From Rubripirellula sp. (GTDB taxonomy: Bacteria > Planctomycetota > Planctomycetia > Pirellulales > Pirellulaceae): DNA of 64,000 nucleotides. The position numbers were made by a program, and so were the translations under genes. The stretch is from the NCBI GenBank assembly GCA_965216875.1, contig OZ244207.1, positions 2,880,001 to 2,944,000 on the forward strand, given 5' to 3'. The notes beneath the pieces were generated by a model. The model did no database searches. It saw nothing but the letters and a program-made list of their open reading frames with translations, and was not told the origin of the DNA. Position 1 is the stretch's first letter. Each line of letters begins with the position of its first letter. Shown here piece by piece: positions 57,067 to 64,000 of this stretch.

Positions 57067-58506
57067 ATGAAATCAATACTCTTGTTGGTGTTGTGTTGCG
57101 AGTGCGTTGCAACAATTGCTGAAGGCGCCCCGCCGAACGCAAAGCCACTTTCCGAAGCTGCTGAAGAAATGGTTCAGCATTTGCCCCGAGGCTGCATCGT
57201 AACAGCACAAAAAGTGGGAGGCAAAGTTGTGTTTGCCGGGGCGGGCAAGTTGGAACCGGCTGGAATTGCACCGAAGCGAATACTGTTTGAGATTGGTTCG
57301 GTCACGAAGGTGTTTACGGGATTGTTACTTGCCCAGGCGGTTCATGAGGGCAAGGTTGCGCTCGACACCACCGTCGGACAGCTACTAGAGGGCCAACCGT
57401 TCGCCGATCCACGCATGGGTCAGATTACACTTCGACAACTCGCAACGCACACCAGCGGTTTGCCTGGGGAGCCGGGCGATCTGCACGTTGGAGCGGACCC
57501 GTTGAACTCGTATGCGCATTATAGTCGCAAGCGTCTTCTTGCATTCTTAGGCAGGACGGAATTGAAGGGTGATTCACCGTTTCCGTGTCATTACTCCAAT
57601 CTCGGAATGGGCTTGCTCGGGGACCTTCTTTCACAGGTTTACGGTAAACCATGGGATGAGTTAGTCGCTGAAAAAATCACGCGTCCTCTCGGTATGAATG
57701 ACACATCGATGTCCCTAACCCGCGAGCAGAACCGAAGACTTGCACCCGCGTACAGAGGCACGGACTCTGTGATCCCCTGGACATACAAGGCACTTGCCGG
57801 AGCCGGCTCGCTGAAATCAAGTGCGTCGGACTTGGTTCTATTGGGTAAGGCGATAATACATCCGGAAAAAACACCCTTAGCAGGCGCTTTTCACCTCCTG
57901 CTTCATACGCAAGGCGAAGCGGGTGGACAGAGCTTAGCGATCGCTTGTTACAAGAGTTACGGTCAACAAGCTTACGGGCACGATGGTCTCACAAATGGCC
58001 ATGGCTGTGTTTTCGAAGTGGTTCCCGAGGAGGAATCCGTCACGGTGATTTTTATCAATAACGCTTTCCTGAGCGGGAGAGAGGTAATCGCAAGATCTGA
58101 AGGCAAAGAGACGCGCTATGATCTTCCTGAGAAGATTGTTAGCACGCAGGAGCTCACCGAGTACGTAGGCACCTATCTGATCGAAGACCCAAGTGACGAT
58201 AAAGAGCGTGACCGCTCGATACAATTGAAGAACGGTCGATTCACCATGGAAGTCCGAGGCAACCGTCTCTACGGGCAGCTGTCAGGGTTGCCTCATCAAG
58301 AGTCCTATTTGCCTCTCTATCTTAGCAAAGTCGCCGACCGGTTCTTTCTCCGCCAAGTCGACGCAGAGTACCAATTCATTAGAAAAAACGGCGCCGTTAC
58401 ATCCGTGACGCTTATTCAGGGGGGAATAGAGATTACGGGGCACAAAGAAAGCGTGCCAACGCATGCCGATCAAGAAAAAGCTGGCCCGGTTACTTCTTCG
58501 CGCTAG
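57067..58506 (+). CDS. serine hydrolase (beta-lactamase-like) with C-terminal DUF3471-like domain
   Basis: 'FEIGSVTKVFT', 'LATHTSGL', 'YSNLG', 'HDGLT.G', 'LTEYVGTY'. Confidence 0.9.
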   Translation: MKSILLLVLCCECVATIAEGAPPNAKPLSEAAEEMVQHLPRGCIVTAQKVGGKVVFAGAGKLEPAGIAPKRILFEIGSVTKVFTGLLLAQAVHEGKVALDTTVGQLLEGQPFADPRMGQITLRQLATHTSGLPGEPGDLHVGADPLNSYAHYSRKRLLAFLGRTELKGDSPFPCHYSNLGMGLLGDLLSQVYGKPWDELVAEKITRPLGMNDTSMSLTREQNRRLAPAYRGTDSVIPWTYKALAGAGSLKSSASDLVLLGKAIIHPEKTPLAGAFHLLLHTQGEAGGQSLAIACYKSYGQQAYGHDGLTNGHGCVFEVVPEEESVTVIFINNAFLSGREVIARSEGKETRYDLPEKIVSTQELTEYVGTYLIEDPSDDKERDRSIQLKNGRFTMEVRGNRLYGQLSGLPHQESYLPLYLSKVADRFFLRQVDAEYQFIRKNGAVTSVTLIQGGIEITGHKESVPTHADQEKAGPVTSSR

Positions 58507-59228
58507 AGCTCAGGGCTCATTCGTTTTGTCTAAGTGCTCCAGCACACGGAGGTCCAACTCCGAAAGACTCATGTCGTCCGATCGGCGGCGACGCTTGGGC
58601 GGCTCGTGATCGGACGGGGCGGGACTTGCAAGGGTTCATGCACCATCGGTGCAAACAAAAAAAGCCACGCGACCGGGCTGAATGATCACGTGGCCACGGA
58701 CTGGGAGTGTGTTGTGTCCGCATGACTGATTGTTGCGATCGGGCAAGCTTGATCAATGAGAAAATGTATTACCGCCCATGTCGGGTCTTGGTGCGAAGGT
58801 TTCATGTCATGGCCAAGTAGATGATCACGATGCAGAGGTAGATGATCACCAAGACCTGAAAGAGCATGACCACAGCCCAGAATGTTCGTTTCCACTTCGT
58901 ACTTTGACGCGGTGCCTTTGGCAACGATTGCCCTCTATGCGATGAGTGGTCAACAAAAAACCCCTCACAGCAGAACTGAAAGGGGCAGGACCGCTCGTAA
59001 GGCAGAACGAGCAGCGACGAAGCTGTATGGATTGGGAAGCAGCTTCGTCTGACCCTCAGTCTCGCATGCGATGATCCGTCGTCAAACAGGAAGTAGCCAA
59101 CAAAAGTAACTATGTTGCGAACGGCAGCGAATTGAAAAGCCGCCCCCCACGTGCGCTCGCGGACAGGCGGCCTACACAACATCGCATTCTGTAAAGGCAC
59201 AGTGCCACAGCCCAGAGGGTAGCTGAGG

Positions 59229-59393
59229 TTATGAGCCTTGATAGCCCGTCAGTTTCGCGTTGGCGACGCACTCAGCCCGGCTGGAATACCCTCGGTTTGA
59301 CTCGCCGACGACGTTGCCACTTGGAGAGATCCGCTTCCATCTCCACTGCCCGTCAACGTCCGTGAAGAACACCCACTTGTCTGCACCGCTCAT
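59229..59393 (-). CDS. DUF1508/YegP-like small protein (54 aa), missed by the ORF track
   Basis: MSGADKWVFFTDVDGQWRWKRISPSGNVVGESNRGYSSRAECVANAKLTGYQGS; 'G.WRW....NG.....S.GY..R..C' pattern. Confidence 0.75.
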   Translation of the reverse strand: MSGADKWVFFTDVDGQWRWKRISPSGNVVGESNRGYSSRAECVANAKLTGYQGS

Positions 59394-59700
59394 TGCCTGC
59401 CCTGCGAACTCGCGTATGAAACAGCCTCTCTCGAAGCGATCAATTGCATGCAGGCTATTGCGTTATCTCTCGAGTATCAATCTGTGCAAGAACGCACATC
59501 GTGCAGAGTCGCACGGTCAGCAAAAAAGCCGTGTGATCACAATGATGGAGCACTCGGCTTGAATGATGATTCCAATCGCCGCCACAACCGGGCTCTAGGA
59601 AAGGTTGCAACAGCGACCTGATTGAATCCCACAGATTCGATCGCGATCGATCGTAATCGTTCCTGCTCGAGCGATGCAAACAGAAACCCAGCACGAGCGA

Positions 59701-59952
59701 TTAGATTTCGATAATTCCGGCGGCTCTTAACAACTCGTGCCGGTACCAACAAACGTCCGCCATGTCCTGGTTGTCGTTGCTCTCCCACCAGCGAGCCCAC
59801 GTGATGTACGAGCTTGGGTGGTTGTCGCGCGGGCAATCAGTTGGACGACATGATTCGATCGTTTCCAAGCAGATATTTGCAAGCACTTGTCGCTGGGCCG
59901 GGTCAGTTGGGATCTTGAGTCTGTTCAATGACTGCATCTCTCGATCGTTCAT
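59701..59952 (-). CDS. small hypothetical protein (83 aa)
   Basis: Protein-like ORF within the hairpin-punctuated region; no family recognised. Confidence 0.5.
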   Translation of the reverse strand: MNDREMQSLNRLKIPTDPAQRQVLANICLETIESCRPTDCPRDNHPSSYITWARWWESNDNQDMADVCWYRHELLRAAGIIEI

Positions 59953-60167
59953 GCACTAAAAAAGCCACGCGACCGGAAGTGGAATGGCCGCGTGGCTCGA
60001 GGCAGAACCCCTATCAAGGATCGGCGACGCCAGCGACGTTCATGCCCCGTGTACGTGGCCAGCGGTTGTCGATCAGTTCCGTTCTAAGCAGGAGCACCAA
60101 GCGGCCGCAACACTGAACAGCGGCAATTTACTGAGAAACGAAACACGTTGGGTGTTTGCGAAGTAAA

Positions 60168-60202
60168 GCCGCCCAGAGTCGTGGGTGGTGACTCTGGGCG
60201 GC
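60168..60202. terminator. perfect 13-bp hairpin
   Basis: GCCGCCCAGAGTC-GTGGGTGGT-GACTCTGGGCGGC preceded by AAA (short U-tract on minus strand). Confidence 0.55.
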
Positions 60203-60303
60203 AGAGCAACGACACAGTGCAGGGCAGCACCGTGACTTGTTTGGCATCGGCACGAAGCTCGCGGCGCGAATATTAAGATTCACACAGTCCGCGAGAAACG
60301 TTG

Positions 60304-60438
60304 ATGCGGCGCATGGCGACCAACGACATTAAAACCATGTCCATTCGAGATATTGTGTTCTTTCTGATCGCGCTGGCCGTGTTTGTGTTGACGGCGTTTG
60401 TATCGCGAGTCGTGTTTGCCGTACTTGGTTTCTATTAG
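60304..60438 (+). CDS. putative small single-TM peptide (33-44 aa)
   Basis: MRRMATNDIKTMSIRDIVFFLIALAVFVLTAFVSRVVFAVLGFY; in-frame ATGs at 60304, 60313 and 60337. Confidence 0.4.
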   Translation: MRRMATNDIKTMSIRDIVFFLIALAVFVLTAFVSRVVFAVLGFY

Positions 60439-60596
60439 TTGCATCGCTCCTGGCCGGCATCCCGTTTGTGAGGTTGCCCACGTTACAGCTGAGAAATCTT
60501 GTTCTTTGTAGCGAAGGCAGAGAATGCCATTCACCCACTTCAACGGAGCCAAGCAAACCGCGATACGATTAGGGCGAGAAAGCCAAGTCGCACATC

Positions 60597-61145
60597 ATGT
60601 CACTAGATCACAAGAGAATGTTAGCGCCACCAAACCAACTCGGGGCTGCCGTTTTTCGCAGCCAAACTGAGGAAGTCATACGCCTGTGTCGTGAGTTTCC
60701 CGAACTGGCGGAAGAAGGTGACAACTCTAAGTCTGCCCCCAATCTCCAGGAAGCGGCTCGCCAGGGACACGTAAGTGTTGTTCGAGCACTTCTGGATCAT
60801 GGATTCAACATTAACGTGATGCGATTGCCCGAAAAGACTACGGCGCTTGTGGCTGCAATCCGCGAGGATCAGGAAGAGAATGTTGACTTGCTGCTCGAGC
60901 GAGGCGCAAACGTTGACATCGGCCGGCCGCTCATCAGTGCTCTTAATCAACGCAAGTCTGCCGAAATGAGGCTAAGGCTTGTCAAAAAGCTCGTCGCAGC
61001 TGGTGTAAACGTCAACAACCTTTATCCCCTTTACGGTGACAAGACCGTACTGTTCTCAGCGCTGGACTACACCAAAGATGTCGATGTTGTTGCGTTTTTG
61101 AAGTCGCGAGGTGCAAAGAACGCGTCAGAGATACAGACTTCGTAG
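60597..61145 (+). CDS. ankyrin repeat protein
   Basis: 'LQEAARQGHVSVVRALLDHGFNIN', 'TALVAA...VDLLLERGANVD', 'FLKSRGA'. Confidence 0.88.
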   Translation: MSLDHKRMLAPPNQLGAAVFRSQTEEVIRLCREFPELAEEGDNSKSAPNLQEAARQGHVSVVRALLDHGFNINVMRLPEKTTALVAAIREDQEENVDLLLERGANVDIGRPLISALNQRKSAEMRLRLVKKLVAAGVNVNNLYPLYGDKTVLFSALDYTKDVDVVAFLKSRGAKNASEIQTS

Positions 61146-61348
61146 AAACGCGGGTTGAAGGCTCATTTTTTTGGCGAAGAAGAATAACCGTCCACCCGTA
61201 TGAATGGACGGGTCTTGATTCTGGTTGTCTCTACTTGCAACTTAGCCTTCACTTTCACGTGTGTCTAACTCGCCCTGGGTGGTTGTGGCTGATGGGGGTT
61301 GCTTATCATTAAAGCAACCGGACTCAGCTCACATTCATCTAGGATCAC

Positions 61349-64000
61349 ATGGTGAAGTTACGCACGCTGTACGTTGCCTTTTTCGCCGTCGCGTTGTCGT
61401 TGCACAGCAATGCACGATGTGCTGAACGGACGGTTGCCCCCAGCCAACTCGCGGTGCTTTCGAAAAAGTCGGATGTATTTGGGACGCGAGTCAAAACCAG
61501 CGGCACAATTGTCTGGATGAATCCCTACTGGCATTCATTCGTTGTTGTTGGTGATTCAAATCCACAGGGTGTTCTTGTTTCACTGGCAGACGCTGGTGAT
61601 AAAGACGAATTGCGAGTCGGAAGTCGCGTTTCGGTAGAAGGCGAAGCGATTGTGTGGGAAGGCCATGGTGGTCTTAAGCTTGCGACGGTCGACGATGTCA
61701 CAGCTGGAGTATTGCCGCCGGCACGGACACTAGCGGACGCCATTACACAGAGCGACATCTTCAGACTTGACGGCCACGTTGTCGCTGTCGAAGGTCGTGT
61801 CAGCTTTGTCATGCAACACTTCAACCGCTACATACTTTGGATTGACGGCTTTGGTGTGCCTGTGCGAGCTGAATTCTCTGAACGCGCAAAGGAAACGATC
61901 GGGCTGAATTTTGCGGGCGCAACTGTGCGAGTAACTGGCGTTGTGTTGCAACGTGGCGAAGGGCCGTCGAAACACGCAGTGTTGATGCTCAACCCGAATG
62001 GCGTTGATGATGTCGAAGTATTGACGCCGGGCCCCGTCTTTCCGTCGGACGGAAGTGGCGTGGGGGTTAACGGTGTGATTGCTTGTCGCAAGTCAGAGAG
62101 CCGCTATTTCTTCCGTGCCGACTCCAAGGAGATGCTGGAACTTGACATCTACGACCCCCAGTTCCTCACGGTTGGCGATATGGTCAGATACGTGGGTACC
62201 GTTTCGACCGATACGTCGCGACGCAGTATATCGGTCGCCGGATTGCAAGTGCACGCTACAGCAAACGATTGGGTACTGAATCGCTCAGAGCCAGCTAAGC
62301 CGGTCACCTCCACATTGGCACCTGGAGACTACTGCACTGCTCGAGGAACGATAACGCGACTCGATGACAACGAGGTTTTCTTTGAACTACTTGATGGCGA
62401 CGACAAACGGGTACGAGTTGATGTCGGAATGGTGGTTGGCGATATCGCGACACTTCAGCTTGGGACGGCCGAAACCGTAGAGGTGACCGGCTATGTCGAT
62501 TATCAGAACGAGCAGACGGTGGTTTACCCGAGAAGTTTCGAAGACATCAAAGTGGTAACCAGAAGACCATGGTATGCCTCATCACGAGTTCAATTGGTCG
62601 CCCTTTCAACCATCGCGCTGCTGGCCATATGCATTTCATTTATCTTCTTTCTGCGTGCCGCAGTTCGAGCCAAGACTCGCGAACTCGAGCAGAACGCCGC
62701 GATTCTCAATTCATCATACGAGGCGGTTCGTGAAGGGATTTGCGTTATTGATCTCGACGGCGTTTTCATGATGGGAAACGGCAGATTCTTTGAACTACTA
62801 CAATTATCCGAAGTCGAGTTCGGGACAATGACGGCTCAGCAGCTTTATGACGCTATCGCTCGACAAATAGCGTCAGATAGCCGCGACGTCTTTCGGAAAC
62901 TCTGGGCTGGCGAACTCCCCCAAGGGTCCTGCCCCGAAGTTTGCGTTGGGACAAGTTACGATGCGAATAGGGAACTCACCGTATATTCTGTCTGCGGAGG
63001 TGAGTCACTAGGTGCGAATGTTGGGCGCGTACTTGTATTCCACGACTCAACCGAACGGCAGCAACTCGAAAAATCACTCGCCCAAGCACAGAAGATGGAC
63101 GCGGTCGGCACTCTCGCCGCGGGCATCGCGCACGACTTCAACAATTCTCTTTCCGCAATCGTCAACTTTGCCGAGGTTGCGAAGCATAGTATCGATCCTC
63201 AGCACGAGGCGCACGAATTCGTGTCCCACATACTCGAGGCGGCCAATCAAGCAGCTGGCACGACCCGAGGCTTACTAACTTTTTGCGGCAACAGAACAAC
63301 TGAAAAAGAGGTCCTCGATCTGGGCGAGCTTCTTGGTTGCTTCATTGATTTTGTGAGACGACTGCTTCCTGCCAACGTTAGGGTTACTTTCGATTGGCAG
63401 CGCGGCGATCGAATCCTATGCCGTGTAGACGAGTCTCAGTTGCAGCAGGCATTGTTAAACCTTGTCATCAACTCACGTGACGCGCTGCCAGAAGGCGGCG
63501 ACATTCGCATTCGCTTGATACCCAGTTCAGACTCAGAAGAAGTTCAGATTGAAATCGCCGACACTGGGGTGGGAATGGACCCATCAACACTTCGCCAAGT
63601 ATTCGACCCGTTCTTTTCTACAAAGGAGCGAGGAAAAGGCACTGGATTGGGAATGGCGATCGTGCATGGAATCGTCGCTGACCACGGAGGCAGAGTCGAC
63701 GTCGAATCGAGTGCTGGAAACGGCACAACCGTCACAATCGCACTACCAATCGCGACTGGCTCTATTTCTGAGGCTGCCCCACCGTCGGAAGCGATGTCCA
63801 TAGACGTGGGAAATACCTTCCTCGTTGTAGAAGACCAGCAGCCGGTCCTCGAATCGATAGCACAGCAGCTGCGAGCAAATGGATTTCTAGTTGTCGAATG
63901 CCGGTCGGCTGAGGAGGCGCTAAGGCACCTCGCACGTAAAGATGTGACTGTTTCTGCTGCTTTGGTAGACGTCGACTTGCCAGGAGTGAGCGGGATCGAA
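61349..64000 (+). CDS. hybrid sensor histidine kinase/response regulator (partial, runs off the right edge)
   Basis: Signal peptide, extracellular beta-rich (OB-like) repeats, TM, PAS-like, 'QAQKMDAVGTLAAGIAHDFNN', 'LLNLVINSRDA', 'DTGVGM', 'FDPFFSTK..GKGTGLG', receiver 'LVVED...VDVDLPG'; absent from the ORF track because no stop falls in the window. Confidence 0.92.
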   Translation, partial: MVKLRTLYVAFFAVALSLHSNARCAERTVAPSQLAVLSKKSDVFGTRVKTSGTIVWMNPYWHSFVVVGDSNPQGVLVSLADAGDKDELRVGSRVSVEGEAIVWEGHGGLKLATVDDVTAGVLPPARTLADAITQSDIFRLDGHVVAVEGRVSFVMQHFNRYILWIDGFGVPVRAEFSERAKETIGLNFAGATVRVTGVVLQRGEGPSKHAVLMLNPNGVDDVEVLTPGPVFPSDGSGVGVNGVIACRKSESRYFFRADSKEMLELDIYDPQFLTVGDMVRYVGTVSTDTSRRSISVAGLQVHATANDWVLNRSEPAKPVTSTLAPGDYCTARGTITRLDDNEVFFELLDGDDKRVRVDVGMVVGDIATLQLGTAETVEVTGYVDYQNEQTVVYPRSFEDIKVVTRRPWYASSRVQLVALSTIALLAICISFIFFLRAAVRAKTRELEQNAAILNSSYEAVREGICVIDLDGVFMMGNGRFFELLQLSEVEFGTMTAQQLYDAIARQIASDSRDVFRKLWAGELPQGSCPEVCVGTSYDANRELTVYSVCGGESLGANVGRVLVFHDSTERQQLEKSLAQAQKMDAVGTLAAGIAHDFNNSLSAIVNFAEVAKHSIDPQHEAHEFVSHILEAANQAAGTTRGLLTFCGNRTTEKEVLDLGELLGCFIDFVRRLLPANVRVTFDWQRGDRILCRVDESQLQQALLNLVINSRDALPEGGDIRIRLIPSSDSEEVQIEIADTGVGMDPSTLRQVFDPFFSTKERGKGTGLGMAIVHGIVADHGGRVDVESSAGNGTTVTIALPIATGSISEAAPPSEAMSIDVGNTFLVVEDQQPVLESIAQQLRANGFLVVECRSAEEALRHLARKDVTVSAALVDVDLPGVSGIE

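Noticed and set aside
58985..59002. GCAGGACCGCTCGTAAGG as a third copy of the ECF promoter motif
   Set aside because: The spacing between GCAGG and CGTAA is only 6 nt, which is incompatible with a -35/-10 pair

Overview
A 64 kb window from a GC-rich bacterium. The gene families and REP-like palindromes point to a planctomycete (Pirellulaceae-like); this is an inference. The left ~45 kb looks like core or flexible chromosome. It holds an HTH-PTS IIA regulator, a Pro/Gly-rich beta-barrel protein, a GntP permease, sdhCAB, an MFS transporter, a TctC-TctB fusion, and a Wzy-type exopolysaccharide cluster (GT2, exostosin-like GT, O-antigen-ligase/TPR protein, Wzc, WbaP-like, GT4, Wzy-like). Next come small orphan genes, an Mla/MCE-like operon whose ATPase has lost its catalytic motifs, a lactonase, PhoD plus a metallophosphoesterase, MauE-rhodanese, LRR and WD40 proteins, and a probable 6S RNA. 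At ~45400 an orphan tRNA 3' end (probably tRNA-Gln) with its terminator and arm-like repeats marks the likely left border (att) of an island that runs off the right end. The island encodes an ECF sigma factor and two zinc-finger (ZAS-like)/Ser-Thr kinase/TM/LRR receptors. Beside them are two divergent secreted-protein genes, a VHL-beta-domain-like protein and a sphingomyelinase-like enzyme with a recently amplified 7-repeat propeller, whose leaders carry the same mirrored ECF-type promoter motif. Further right are a PLAT-domain remnant, a serine hydrolase, a hairpin-punctuated run of tiny ORFs, an ankyrin protein and a hybrid histidine kinase cut by the window end. No CRISPR array, rRNA, intact tRNA, transposase or integrase was seen.
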